From contig CAWJSR010000026.1 in assembly GCA_963845515.1 (NCBI GenBank), positions 64,001-128,000 on the forward strand: 64,000 bases of DNA, read 5' to 3'. The position numbers and the translations under genes are program-made. The notes beneath the pieces were generated by a model, which searched no databases, was not told the DNA's origin, and worked only from the letters and a program-made list of their open reading frames with translations. Of the stretch, positions 27,233 through 37,398 are shown piece by piece. How positions within the stretch are numbered: the stretch's first letter is position 1; every line of letters begins with the position of its first letter. This DNA is from an uncultured delta proteobacterium (GTDB lineage Bacteria; Myxococcota; Myxococcia; Myxococcales; Anaeromyxobacteraceae).

Positions 27233-29021
27233 CTACAGGAGCCCCGTCTGGTAGTGGAAGGCCGCCTTCTCCTGCCACCGCCGGATCGCCCGGAAGGACT
27301 CCTTCACCCGATTCCGCTCCATCGGCGTCAGCGAGGCCATGACGATCTCGTTCGCCGGCACCCGGTGCTCGGAGAGCGCCCTGAGCTGCGCGCGGAGCCG
27401 GACCCCCAGGAGCAGCTCGTAGGCCTGGCTCACGTCGGCGTGCACGTTCTCGCCCATCAGCCCGGCCGCGAGGGCGGCGTCGAGCCGGCCGAAGGTGTTC
27501 CTGGTCGCCGCGCCGATCTCGACCGCGTAGCAGCGCGCCAGGAAGACGACCGGCGAGATCCCCTCCGCCTTGAGGTCGACGTGGGAGGACTTGCGCAGGA
27601 GGATGCCAGTGGGAGGCACGAACGCGAGGGCAGCGTTCGCCAGCAGCCGCACGAAGTGGCGGACCCTCTTCGCGCCCGCCAGGAGCTCCTCGATCCGGCC
27701 CACGTCGAGCTCCCCCGCCACCTTCCGGTAGTCGAAGAAGATGGCGGCGTCGTGCGGCCGCTCCTCGATGCTGGCGGAGATCTCGGTGCTCCCACTCGGA
27801 CAGCGTGCCGTGCCAGCGGCGCGCCATGCGCCCGCCGGGGCAGCGGGGGAAGCCGGCCAGCTCGAGGTCGTCGCCCACCCGATCCGCGAAGCGCTCGAAC
27901 CACTGCCGGTCGCCGGCGACGTCGTCCGCGTAGACGAGGGCGTTGTCCTGGTCGGTGAGGAGCGTCTGCTCCATCCGCCCCTCCGAGCCGAAGTCCAGCC
28001 AGGCCCAGCGCGCGGGCGCCGGCCCCAGCTCCGCCTCGACCCACCGGGTGATCCTGCGGAGGAGCGTGTCGTTGAGCCGGGCGACGAACCCGGCGATCGT
28101 GTTCGCCTCGAGCCCGCCCGAGAGGAGCGTCGAGGCCATCTCCGCCACGCGCCCGCCGTAGCCGGGGAGGCCGTCGCGACCGCCAATCCGCTCCACGCTC
28201 CGGAGCACCGAGATCGGCCCCTGCGCGGAGCACTTCAGGAGGTCGGAGGAGGTGAGCACCCCGATCAGCTCACCATCGCGCTCCACGGCGAGGTGGTTCA
28301 CCCCGGCGTCGACCAGGTTCTTCCACGCCTCGAAGAGCGGCATCCCCACCGGCACGGCCATGACCGGCTGGCTGAAGACCTGCGCCACCGGCGTCTTCGG
28401 CCCGAGCCCCTCGGCGAGGACCCGCCCGCGCAGGTCCCGGTCGGTGAGGATCCCTGGAGGCGTGGTCCGCACCAGGACCGACGAGATCCGCTCGGCCCGC
28501 ATCACGCGCGCGGCCTCGGCCACCGTCGCCCCAGCCTCCACCCATACCGCGCCGCGCCGGAGGATCTGCGCCACGTCCTGGGAGAGGTCGGGCTGGAGGG
28601 AGGCCACCGGAGAGTGGGTGAGGCTCGTCTTGAGCCGCTCGGCCAGCCCCACGGCGAAGAAGCGCGCGAACGTCGCGTCGCCCAGGAGCTTGCGGAACTC
28701 CGCCTCCGGGACGCGGTAGGCGAGCAGGTCCTCCTCCACGGTGACGTCCATGGACGCCTCGTGCGTGATCAGGGAGGTGTAGCCGAACATCTCCCCCTCC
28801 TCGACGAGCTGGAGCGTCTGGCCTTCGCGCTCCAGCCTGACGGAGCCGCGCCGGATCACGTAGAGGAAGCGGAAGGGGTCGCCGCCGGCGCTGGAGAGCC
28901 GCGTCCCCACGGGGTGGAACGCCACCTCGACGCCGGCCGCAGCCTCGTCGAACAGGGGCTGGGGCAGGAGGTCGAACGGCGCGACCGAGCGGAGGTAGGC
29001 GATCGGGTCGATGGACCGCAC
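27233..29021 (-). CDS. cNMP-binding + 2xCBS + DUF294 putative nucleotidyltransferase (paralog 2; one +1 frameshift as assembled)
   Basis: Same architecture (FGSEGRMEQTLLTDQDNAL); removing one base of CCC at 27791-27793 joins it to the frame carrying IFFDYRK...DLKAEG, ~595 aa. Confidence 0.88.
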
Positions 29022-29066
29022 GGCGCAAGGATACACCCAGCCGGGGGCGAGGCGGTCGGAGGGCGT

Positions 29067-30452
29067 TCAACCCATGACCTGATAGTGGTACGCGGCCTCC
29101 GCCTGCCACCTCCGGATGGCGCCGAAAGCCTCCAGGAGCCTGCGCCGCTCGCGGGGAGTCACCTGCCCCAGCGCGACCCGGTTGCCGCCTGCCTCGACGC
29201 TGCGACCGCGCAGCTGGACCTGCAGCCTGAGCCCGAGGAGGAACCTGAAGCCCTCGGTGACGGCTGCGCAGACCTCGTCTCCCATGAGCCCGGCGGCGCG
29301 CGCCGCCTCGAGCCGCCCGAGGGTCGATCGCTCGTCCGAGCCCACCTCGATCGCCTGGCAGCGCGCGAGGAAGACGACGGGCGTGATGCCGTGCCGCTTC
29401 AGGTCGATCGTCGCTGCGTCCCCGCGGAGCCTGAGCAGGATCGGCGGTGGCGGCCGGAACTCCAGCGCCTCGCGGGCGAGGAAGCGGACGAGCAGGGCGC
29501 TGCGCGCGCCGCCGGCGAGCGCCTCGTCGAGCGGCGCCACGTCCAGCGTCCCGGCGACGCGCCTGAAGTCGTACCAGAGCTCGGCCTCGTGGGGCCTCGG
29601 CGCCTCGACGCACTCGACGAAGCGCCGCCGCCAGGTCGAGAGCGACGCGCGGTGGTTCCGGGCCATGTGGCCGCCCGCGCAGGCAGGGAACCCCGCGACC
29701 TCGAGGTCGGCGTTGGCCCGCTCGGCGAGCCTCAGGTACCAGTCGGCGTGAGGCTCGCCGGCGTCATGGTAGGCGAGGAGGTTGTCCTGATCGGTGAGGA
29801 GCGTCTGCTCCCTGCGCCCCTCGGATCCCATCGCGATCCAGGCCCAGGGGGCCGGGGGCGCGCCCAGCTCCTCCTCCGCCCAGCCGAGGATGCGCCGAAC
29901 GAGGGCGTCGTTGACCCGCGCGACCAGGGCGGCGATGGCGACCGCGTCGGGGGCGACCGCGACCAGCCCCTCGACCATCTCCGCCACCTGCGCGGCGTAG
30001 CCCGCCAGCGAGTCGCGACCCCGGAGCCCCTCGATCCGCCGCTGCAGGACGAGCGGCCCGCGGGCCGAGCCGCGGAGCAGGTCGCCGGAGGTGAGGATCC
30101 CGACGATCTCCCCGTCCCTGACCACCGGGAGGTGGCGGACCCCGGCGTCGAGCACCACCTGCCACGCGGCGTAGACCGGCGTGCCCCACGGGATCGTGAC
30201 GAGCGGGCGGCTGAAGACGCTCGCGACCGGCGTGGCCGGCCCCAGCCCCTCGGCCAGCACGCGGCCGCGGAGGTCCCGGTCGGTGAGGATCGCCGGCGGG
30301 TCGCAGCGCACCAGCACGGACGAGATCCGCTCCTCGCGCATGACCCTCGCCGCCGCGCCCACCGTCGCGTCGCCGTCGACCCAGCGGGCGGGACGGCGGA
30401 GCAGGTGCTGGACCTCGAGGGCGAGGAGCGAGTCGGGGACGGTCGAGCGCAA
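29067..30452 (-). CDS. 2xCBS + DUF294 putative nucleotidyltransferase lacking the cNMP domain (paralog 3)
   Basis: MGSEGRREQTLLTDQDNLL, WYDFRR, DLKRHG; only ~70 nt to the next gene upstream, so no room for a cNMP domain; start codon uncertain. Confidence 0.88.
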   Translation of the reverse strand: MRSTVPDSLLALEVQHLLRRPARWVDGDATVGAAARVMREERISSVLVRCDPPAILTDRDLRGRVLAEGLGPATPVASVFSRPLVTIPWGTPVYAAWQVVLDAGVRHLPVVRDGEIVGILTSGDLLRGSARGPLVLQRRIEGLRGRDSLAGYAAQVAEMVEGLVAVAPDAVAIAALVARVNDALVRRILGWAEEELGAPPAPWAWIAMGSEGRREQTLLTDQDNLLAYHDAGEPHADWYLRLAERANADLEVAGFPACAGGHMARNHRASLSTWRRRFVECVEAPRPHEAELWYDFRRVAGTLDVAPLDEALAGGARSALLVRFLAREALEFRPPPPILLRLRGDAATIDLKRHGITPVVFLARCQAIEVGSDERSTLGRLEAARAAGLMGDEVCAAVTEGFRFLLGLRLQVQLRGRSVEAGGNRVALGQVTPRERRRLLEAFGAIRRWQAEAAYHYQVMG

Positions 30453-30520
30453 GGGGCTGCGTACGCCGGCTGCCGGACCGCGGCGCGGTCACGCCGCGAT
30501 CCGGCAGTGGCGCGCCTCGA

Positions 30521-30949
30521 TCAGGCCTCGACCTTGGCCACGATCTTCTGGACCGCGGCCGCCAGCGCGGGGGCCGGCGTGACGAGCACCGTCCGTCCGG
30601 CGAGCGTCCACGAGAACCGTGGCTCGTCCTTGTGCTGCGTGTAGACGGCGCGCAGGTCGTCCGAGAGGATCTGGGCCTTGGCCGCAGTCAGGCCGTGATC
30701 CTTCATCGCCGTCTTGAAGTTGCTCTCGCGTCCGTCGTGGAACCAGACGATGCCGAACGTCCCCGGCGGCTTTCCAACGAAGACGTAATAGCCGCGCTCC
30801 GCGGGGACTATCTCCAGCTTGTCCTGGACGCGCTTGGCGAACCCCTCGAGCAGCTCCCGATCACGCCCCAGCCGCGCGGCGGTCTCGCTCGACTGCTCCA
30901 GCTGCGGGCGCGGCTTCTCTCCACCGAACAGGTTACCCAGCAAACCCAT
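30521..30949 (-). CDS. hypothetical protein (142 aa), first gene of the DUF294/exonuclease run
   Basis: MGLLGNLFGG..., YVFVGKPPGTFGIVWF; RBS AAGGGAG; co-oriented with the DUF294 genes. Confidence 0.8.
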   Translation of the reverse strand: MGLLGNLFGGEKPRPQLEQSSETAARLGRDRELLEGFAKRVQDKLEIVPAERGYYVFVGKPPGTFGIVWFHDGRESNFKTAMKDHGLTAAKAQILSDDLRAVYTQHKDEPRFSWTLAGRTVLVTPAPALAAAVQKIVAKVEA

Positions 30950-31109
30950 AGGTCGCTCCCTTCACTCGACGTACTCTGCGAGGAGGGAAGCAGGAGCCGC
31001 CTCGGAGAGATACGTCATCTCCGAATGGCGGCCCGGCCATCCGATCAACCTCCGGAGTGCACTCACTGCCCTCCGGACCCGCACAGACTGTAGCAGCCTC
31101 ACCGGGGTC

Positions 31110-31140
31110 TGGCGCAAGAGCTGCGCGCAAAAACATGCTG
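31110..31140. promoter_or_regulatory. shared TGCGCGCA-centred palindromic motif, also a sigma54-like -24/-12 match on +
   Basis: TGGCGCA-AGAGC-TGCGCGCA-AAAACA-TGC; GG(31111)-N10-GC(31123) lies ~50 nt before ATG 31174. Confidence 0.5.
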
Positions 31141-31173
31141 CTTTTTACGCGCTGCGTCGCTATATGTCAGTGA

Positions 31174-31674
31174 ATGCGTGAACCGAACAGGGTCTGGGCG
31201 GGTCTCTACGGCGCTGCCTTCCATGCGCTGCTGGTCGTCATAATGGTGGGGCTGGCGCTCTACAACCGGGCCGAGCTCGTTCCCGCCGTCCTCGTCCGGG
31301 CCGTGCCCGTGCTCCTGGTCTCTGCGCTCGTCCTCTACTACTTCATCGTCGGCCCCTACCTCCCGAGCCGCTCCAAGCGGAAGGCGGCCGTCTTCGCGGA
31401 CTCGGCCATCGGCATGCTGGTGGAGACTGCCATCGCCGTGCTCACCTCGGTCCTCTACTCCCTGATCGCGTCGATCCCCACGCTCTCGGACGGGTTCGGC
31501 GCCTTCGGCCCGACGTTCCTGTGGACGTCCGCCCGGACGCTCCTCTGGATGTTCGGCAGCTTCTTCGTGCAGATCCTGGTGGTCGGCAACGCCGCCGGGC
31601 TCGTGGGCTGGGTCGTGCTGAAGAAGCTGGCTGACCGCTCGGCTGCCACCAGCCCCAAGCCGGACGCCGCGTAG
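31174..31674 (+). CDS. hypothetical membrane protein (about 4 TM)
   Basis: 166 aa with four hydrophobic segments. Confidence 0.75.
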   Translation: MREPNRVWAGLYGAAFHALLVVIMVGLALYNRAELVPAVLVRAVPVLLVSALVLYYFIVGPYLPSRSKRKAAVFADSAIGMLVETAIAVLTSVLYSLIASIPTLSDGFGAFGPTFLWTSARTLLWMFGSFFVQILVVGNAAGLVGWVVLKKLADRSAATSPKPDAA

Positions 31675-31691
31675 GTCGGGGTCACCTCGCC

Positions 31692-31907
31692 ATGCCCTTC
31701 ATGGACCTGACCTCGTCGGTCGGCCTCCTCGTGGTCTCGATCATCGTGGCGAGCAACGGCGGCCGGATCGCCGCTCACCGCGAGGTCGTCACGCGGTTCG
31801 GGGCTCTCCGGGGCGCGCCGGCGCTCGCGCTCGGGATCGCGATGCTCCTGGCCGGGCTGGTGGGCGTCGGCTTCTCCTGGTACGTGGGGCTCCGGCTCGG
31901 GGGCTGA
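31692..31907 (+). CDS. small membrane protein (2 TM)
   Basis: 71 aa, two hydrophobic segments, directly after the previous gene. Confidence 0.55.
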   Translation: MPFMDLTSSVGLLVVSIIVASNGGRIAAHREVVTRFGALRGAPALALGIAMLLAGLVGVGFSWYVGLRLGG

Positions 31908-31950
31908 GTCCGGGGCGGAGCGCGGCCAGGAACGCCTCACGGGCTGCCAC
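31908..31950 (-). pseudogene. lutC: probable N-terminal remnant of LutC/LldG
   Basis: AGGAGGA RBS then GTG at 31950 overlapping the end of lutB; VAAREAFLAALRPG resembles LutC N-termini, then runs into the convergent gene. Confidence 0.5.
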
Positions 31951-33304
31951 GGGTCCTCCTGTAGAGCTCTCGGAAGCTCTCGGCCGGTGGCGGCGGCAGG
32001 TCGCGCTGCCGCCCCCAGCCACCCGAGAAGCGGGCTGCCAGCCGTGGCGCGAGCCGCAGCGCGAGCCTCGCCCACCTGCCGAACCGCTCGTAGCGTCCCG
32101 GGGAGCGGAGCACCCACGCGCCGGCGGCGAGCGCGACCCGCTTCGCGAGCGGGATCAGGCCGGCCGCCGCGAGCTCGCGCCGCCAGGCCAGCAGCTGGTG
32201 GTGGAGATCGATCCTGACCGGGCAGACGTCGGCGCAGGAGCCGCAGAGCGTGCTCGCGAGCGGCAGGCTGGCGTGGGCCCGCAGGTCGCGGTGTGGGGCG
32301 AGGACCGAGCCGATGGGACCCGGGACCGGGACGCCGTAGCTGTGGCCGCCCGAGCGGCGGTAGACCGGGCAGGTGTTCATGCAGGCGCCGCAGCGGATGC
32401 AGCGGAGCGCCTGCCAGTAGTCGTTCCGGGCGAGGAGCGCGCTGCGCCCGGCGTCCACGACGACGATGTGCAGCTCGCCGCCGGTGCGCGGGCCGAGGAA
32501 GTGGGTGGTGTAGGTCGTGACGGGCTGCCCGGTCGCCGAGCGCGCCAGCAGCCGGAGGAAGACCGGCAGGTCCCGGGCGCGGGGGATGATCTTCTCGAGC
32601 CCCATGCTCGCCACGTGGATCGGTGGGAGCGCCGTCCCCATGTCGGCGTTCCCCTCGTTGGTGCAGACCACCACCGCGCCGGTGTCGGCGACGGCGAAGT
32701 TGACCCCGGTGAGCCCTGCCTGCGCGGCGAGGAACTTCTTCCGGAGGTGGCCGCGCGCCGCCTCGGTCAGGTACTTCGGGTCCGAGGCGCCAGCCTCGGT
32801 CCCCAGCTGCTCGTGGAAGAGCTCGCCGATCTGCTCCTTCTTGAGGTGTATCGCCGGCAGGACGATGTGGCTCGGCGGCTCGTGGCGGAGCTGGACGATC
32901 CGCTCGCCCAGGTCGGTGTCGATCACCTCGATGCCGCGCGCCTCCAGGAAGGGGTTGAGCCCGCACTCCTCGGTGAGCATCGACTTCGACTTGACCAGCC
33001 GGGTGACGCCGCGCGCCGAGAGGATCCCGCGGACGATCCGGTTGTGCTCCTCCCCGGTGCGCGCCCAGTGGACCTGCGCCCCGGCCGCGGTGGCGTTCCT
33101 CTCGAAGGTCTCCAGGAGCGCGGGGAGCTCCGAGAGCGCGTGGGCCTTGATCCCCTCGGCCAGCTCGCGCAGCCGCTCCCAGTCCGGGACGCCTGCCGCG
33201 GCTCGATCGCGCTTCTCCCGGACGAACCAGAGCGCCTGGTCGTGCCAGTGGGCGTGCGGCTCGTCGGCGACGAAGGCCGCGGCGCGCTCGGCGTGCGTCC
33301 TCAC
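31937..33304 (-). CDS. lutB: lactate utilization Fe-S protein LutB/LldF
   Basis: VKSKSMLTEE, DTDLGERIVQL..EPPSHIVLPAIH, TNEGNAD, LLARSATGQ, CIRCGACMNTCPVY, TLCGSCADVCPV. Confidence 0.93.
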   Translation of the reverse strand: MRTHAERAAAFVADEPHAHWHDQALWFVREKRDRAAAGVPDWERLRELAEGIKAHALSELPALLETFERNATAAGAQVHWARTGEEHNRIVRGILSARGVTRLVKSKSMLTEECGLNPFLEARGIEVIDTDLGERIVQLRHEPPSHIVLPAIHLKKEQIGELFHEQLGTEAGASDPKYLTEAARGHLRKKFLAAQAGLTGVNFAVADTGAVVVCTNEGNADMGTALPPIHVASMGLEKIIPRARDLPVFLRLLARSATGQPVTTYTTHFLGPRTGGELHIVVVDAGRSALLARNDYWQALRCIRCGACMNTCPVYRRSGGHSYGVPVPGPIGSVLAPHRDLRAHASLPLASTLCGSCADVCPVRIDLHHQLLAWRRELAAAGLIPLAKRVALAAGAWVLRSPGRYERFGRWARLALRLAPRLAARFSGGWGRQRDLPPPPAESFRELYRRTRGSP

Positions 33305-33378
33305 GGCGCCTCCCCGAGCAGCAGCTCGTGATCGACGCAGCAGGGGACGAAGAGCGCGACCGTCGGCACGACCTGCAT
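33301..33378 (-). pseudogene. lutA: internally deleted remnant of LutA/LldE
   Basis: 25-aa ORF MQVVPTVALFVPCCVDHELLLGEAP; VALFVPC-x-VD resembles the LutA N-terminus; its TGA overlaps the lutB GTG (GTGA). Confidence 0.6.
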
Positions 33379-33443
33379 TGTACGCAGGATCGCGCCCACC
33401 CGGGAGCGGACGGGAGCGCGCGGCGATGCAGGGCGCGACGCAA

Positions 33444-33478
33444 GAAGCGGCCGCCCCCGGGTCGGAGACGGCCGCTTC
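33444..33478 (-). terminator. probable terminator after the symporter gene
   Basis: GAAGCGGCCG...CGGCCGCTTC stem, 25 nt downstream of the stop codon; weak U-tract. Confidence 0.6.
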
Positions 33479-33502
33479 GTCACTGCGCTTCGGGGCTCGA
33501 GG

Positions 33503-35224
33503 CTAGGCAGCAGCCTTGCCGTGCGTCGACTCCTTGGGGTACCGGAGGTTGCCGACGAGGTCCTGGACCTCCTTCGGCGGCGCCGGCGTGAACATCGTGA
33601 CCACGCCCATCACCACGAAGTTCACCGTCATGCCGATCATGCCGATGCCCTCGGGGCTGATCCCGAGGAACCAGTGATCGGCGTTGTTGAGCGGCTTGTT
33701 CACGAACTTGAAGTAGATGATGTACGAGGCGGTGAAGACGATGCCGGAGAGCATGCCGGAGATGGCCGCCTCCTTCGTCGCGCGCTTCCAGAAGACGCCC
33801 ATGATGATGATCGGGAAGAAGGACGACGCCGCGAGACCGAAGGCGAACGCGACGACCTCCGCCACGAAGCCAGGCGGGTTGATGCCGAAGTAGCCGGCGA
33901 TGATGACCGCGCCGCCGGCGGCTCCACGCGCCCACCTGAGCTCGGCCTTCTCGGTCATGTCCTTCGAGATGATGCTCTTCATGAGGTCATGCGACACGGC
34001 GGCCGCGATGACGAGGAGGAGGCCGGCCGCGGTGGAGAGCGCCGCCGCGAGACCGCCGGCAGCCACGAGCGCGATGACCCAGTTCGGGAGCTTCGCGATC
34101 TCGGGGTTGGCGAGGACCATGATGTCCTTGTCGACCTTGACCTCGTTCACCTTCGGGTCCTTCGCCATCTGCATGACGCCGTCGCCGTTCTTGTCCTCCC
34201 AGCCGACGAGCTTGGTCTTCTCCCAGTTCTTGAACCAGGAGGGGGCCTCGGAGTACTTCGTCCCGTGGATGGTCTTGATGAAGTTGGTGCGGGCGAAGGC
34301 GGCGACCGCGGGGGCGGTCGTGTAGAGGATGGCGATGAAGAGGAGCGCCCAGCCTGCAGAGGCGCGGGCGTCGCGGATCTTCGGCACCGTGAAGAAGCGG
34401 ATGATGATGTGCGGGAGGCCGGCGGTGCCGACCATCATCGTGAAGGTGATGGCGAAGACGTCCCAGTTGTTGCCGCGGCCGGAGGTGTACTTGTTGAACC
34501 CGAGGTCGGTGCTGATCCCGTTCAGGACGTCGAGGAGGTAGGTCCCCTCCGGGGCGTTCAGGATCGCGGCGCCGCCGGCGTGGATCGGCGAGCCGTAGCC
34601 GAGCTGCGGGATCGGGTTGCCGGTCAGCATCACCGAGATGAAGATCGCGGGGACGAGGTACGCCACGATGAGGACGCAGTACTGGGCGACCTGCGTGTAG
34701 GTGATCCCCTTCATGCCGCCGAGGGTGGCGTAGAAGAAGACGATGACCATGCCGGCGATGACGCCGCCGTTGATCGAGGTGTTGAGGAAGCGGGAGAAGA
34801 CGATGCCGACGCCGCGCATCTGGCCGGCGACGTAGGTGAAGGAGACGAAGATCGCGCAGAAGAGCGCCACGACGCGCGCGGTGTTCGAGTAGTACCGATC
34901 ACCGACGAACTGCGGCACCGTGAACTTGCCGTACTTGCGGAGGTAGGGGGCGAGGAGCACCGCGAGGAGCGTGTAGCCGCCAGTCCACCCCATCAGGTAC
35001 TGCGAGCCGTCTCGTCCCATGAAGGAGATGAGGCCGGCCATCGAGATGAACGACGCGGCCGACATCCAGTCGGCGCCGGTCGCCATGCCGTTGAGGATGG
35101 GGTGAATCGACTTCTCCGCGACGTAGAAGTCACCGGTCGACTTCGCCTGCGCGAAGAGGGCGATGCCGATGTAGAGGGCGAACGAGATACCGACGATGAG
35201 CCAAGTCCAGGCAAGAATTCCCAT
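33503..35224 (-). CDS. sodium:solute symporter, VC_2705-like (probable acetate/monocarboxylate)
   Basis: NGMATGADWMSAASFISMAG, YLRKYGKFTVP, GGMKGITYTQVAQY, GTAGLPHIIIRFFTVP; loop with DKNGDG. Confidence 0.93.
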   Translation of the reverse strand: MGILAWTWLIVGISFALYIGIALFAQAKSTGDFYVAEKSIHPILNGMATGADWMSAASFISMAGLISFMGRDGSQYLMGWTGGYTLLAVLLAPYLRKYGKFTVPQFVGDRYYSNTARVVALFCAIFVSFTYVAGQMRGVGIVFSRFLNTSINGGVIAGMVIVFFYATLGGMKGITYTQVAQYCVLIVAYLVPAIFISVMLTGNPIPQLGYGSPIHAGGAAILNAPEGTYLLDVLNGISTDLGFNKYTSGRGNNWDVFAITFTMMVGTAGLPHIIIRFFTVPKIRDARASAGWALLFIAILYTTAPAVAAFARTNFIKTIHGTKYSEAPSWFKNWEKTKLVGWEDKNGDGVMQMAKDPKVNEVKVDKDIMVLANPEIAKLPNWVIALVAAGGLAAALSTAAGLLLVIAAAVSHDLMKSIISKDMTEKAELRWARGAAGGAVIIAGYFGINPPGFVAEVVAFAFGLAASSFFPIIIMGVFWKRATKEAAISGMLSGIVFTASYIIYFKFVNKPLNNADHWFLGISPEGIGMIGMTVNFVVMGVVTMFTPAPPKEVQDLVGNLRYPKESTHGKAAA

Positions 35225-35257
35225 GATGGTCTCTCCAGTGTCCGGGGAGGCTCGCGC

Positions 35258-35515
35258 CTAGTCCTCGTAGACGCCAAACTTCTTGTCGAGCTTGTTCATC
35301 AGCGCGACGTACACGACGATAAGCAGCACGAAGACGATCTCGGAGCCCTGGTTGGCAAACCAGAAGCCGACGGGGAAGCCGCCGATCCGGTTGGCATCGA
35401 GTTGGTCGGCGATCATGATCCCGGCGAGGAACGAGACGCCGAACCAGACCGCGAGGATGGAGACGATGTAGACGAGGTTCTGCCGCCAGTAAGCGACCTG
35501 CTGTTCATGTGTCAT
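35258..35515 (-). CDS. DUF4212 small membrane partner of the symporter
   Basis: YWRQNL..ILAVWFGVSF, GGFPVGFWFANQGS, MNKLDKKFGV. Confidence 0.92.
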   Translation of the reverse strand: MTHEQQVAYWRQNLVYIVSILAVWFGVSFLAGIMIADQLDANRIGGFPVGFWFANQGSEIVFVLLIVVYVALMNKLDKKFGVYED

Positions 35516-35628
35516 CGAGGGGACTCCTTGGCCCTGGTTGAATCCGCCGCTGTCTTGTCACGACCGACGATGCTCGATTGGGAGCGAGCGCGCAGATGCA
35601 CACTAGCGCAGCCGCGCAAAATTTGGAA

Positions 35629-35667
35629 GTGCGCGCATGCTGTGCGCGAACATGGTGCGCGAACCAC
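35629..35667. promoter_or_regulatory. three 13-bp direct repeats upstream of DUF4212-SSS
   Basis: GTGCGCGCATGCT|GTGCGCGAACATG|GTGCGCGAACCAC. Confidence 0.55.
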
Positions 35668-35827
35668 CGGTCTCGGGCTCCCCTTTTGGGTTCCTTCCCG
35701 GCACCCGTAACAACGTGAAGTCCCAAGAATATTCCTCCTGCACCAAAGAGGTAGCGACCATGCGGGGATGCGGCCGTCCACCGCGTCGGCGCAAGTTAGG
35801 CGCCCTGATTGTCTCGACACTGGCCTC

Positions 35828-35854
35828 ACGTAAGTGATGCGCGCAAGGATGCGC
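35828..35854. promoter_or_regulatory. second TGCGCGCA-centred motif upstream of DUF4212-SSS
   Basis: ACGTA-AGTGA-TGCGCGCA-AGGA-TGCGC. Confidence 0.45.
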
Positions 35855-35944
35855 GTCGAGTCGGGATCCAGCGCCAGCACGGAGAGGGAGCGCGCCGGTG
35901 CCGATCAGCGGCTCCAGCCCGAGCGGCGGGGCGACACGACGCCC

Positions 35945-35988
35945 TAAAATCAAGAGAGGGGGCGTCCATCGATCCGGACGCCCCCCTC
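35945..35988 (-). terminator. probable terminator of nhaD
   Basis: GGGGGCGTCC-8nt-GGACGCCCCC stem followed by TCTCTTGATTTT on the minus strand. Confidence 0.6.
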
Positions 35989-36013
35989 CATGCTGATCCC
36001 GCGCGGCGGCCCG

Positions 36014-37299
36014 CTAGTGCATGAGCGAGTACTGGACGATGTAGGCCGCGATCCCACCGAAGTAGCCGATGAGCGCCAGCGGGGCGATCTTCTTCGCGTA
36101 CCAGAAGAAGTGGATCTTCTCGAGCCCCATGGCGGCGACGCCAGCCGCCGAGCCGATGATCAGGATCGAGCCGCCGGTACCGGCGCAGTAGGCCATGAAC
36201 TCCCACAGGAAGCTGTCCGCCGGGTACTGCGCCAGGCTGTACATGCCCATGGAGGCGGCCACCAGCGGCACGTTGTCCACGATGGCGCTCACCAGGCCGA
36301 TGATGCTGACGATCACGTCCTGACGGCCGACGCTCTGGTCGAGCCACTTCGCCAGCGCCCCGAGGATGTGGGTGTGCTCGAGGGTCGCCACCGCCAGCAG
36401 GATGCCGATGAAGAAGACGATCGAGCTCATGTCGATCCTCCTCAGGGCGTGCACCAGCGTCAGGTGCTGCTTCTCCTCGTCACCCTTGTTGCGGTGGACC
36501 AGCTCTCCGACCAGCCAGAGGATGCCGAGGCCGAAGAGGATCCCCATGAAGGGAGGGAGGTGGGTGATGGACTTGAAGACCGGGACCGCCACCAGCGTGC
36601 CGAGCCCCATGCCGAACATCAGGTTCCGCTCGAAGGTGGTGGTCTGCAGCAGGCCGCTGTCCGCGGCCTGGGGCGGCGCGACGACCTCCCGACCCTTCAG
36701 CATCCAGCTGCACCACGACCAGCGGCACGATCAGGTTGATCAGCGAGGGGATGAAGACCCCCTTCATGATCGCCAGCGTCGTGATCTGGCCGCCGATCCA
36801 GAGCATGGTGGTGGTCACGTCGCCGATCGGCGTCCAGGCGCCGCCGGCGTTGGCGGCGATCACGATCATCCCGGCGAAGAAGAGCCGGTCGTCGTGCTTG
36901 TCGAGCAGCTTCTTCATCAACGAGATCATCACGATGGTGGTGGTCAGGTTGTCGAGGACCGAGCTGAGGAAGAAGGTGACGAAGCCGACCAGCCACATGA
37001 GCGAAGAGAGCCTGGTCGTCTTGATGCGCGAGGTGATGACCTCGAAGCCGTCGTGGGCGTCGACCACCTCGACGATGGTCATGGCCCCCATCAGGAAGAA
37101 GACGATCTGCGCGGTCGCCGGCCAGCGACTCGCTGAGTTGCTCACCCACCAGCTCGTGGTTTCCGCTCATGACCGCGTAGACGGTCCAGAGCAGCCCAGC
37201 CCCGATCAGCGCCGAGGCGGACTTGTTGATCCCGATCGGGTGCTCGAGCGCGATGGCTGCGTAGGCGACGATGAAGATGATGATGAGCGCGGTCAGCAT
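36014..37299 (-). CDS. nhaD: NhaD-type Na+/H+ antiporter (two +1 frameshifts as assembled)
   Basis: IALEHPIGINKSASAL; FFLMGAMTIVEVVDAHDGF; LDNLTT; AANAGGAWTPIGDVTT; SAIVDNVPLVAA; AGTGGSILIIGSAAGV. Shifts near 37117 and 36711; ~427 aa when joined. Confidence 0.9.
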
Positions 37300-37398
37300 G
37301 TATTCTCCCGGAACGGCATTGGATCACGGAGGACCCGGCGCCTCGGCTGGAGGTCCAGTCCCAAATCCTTAGATGCTTGAAGCTCCGAGGTCAACGGG

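Noticed and set aside
24715..30452. Nucleotidyltransferase + exonuclease as a CBASS or toxin-antitoxin defence system
   Set aside because: The NTase motif is GlnD/GlnE-like with CBS/cNMP domains, no effector is recognisable, and the context is transport
27741..30644. Very long antisense or alternate-frame ORFs (this 967-aa one, also 44840-47548, 37848-40397, 33521-35710)
   Set aside because: Shadow ORFs opposite well-supported genes, expected at high GC; no recognisable motifs
36014..37299. Apparent CTG-rich leucine codon usage in nhaD as a sign of horizontal transfer
   Set aside because: Impression by eye only; needs a codon-usage calculation and a phylogeny
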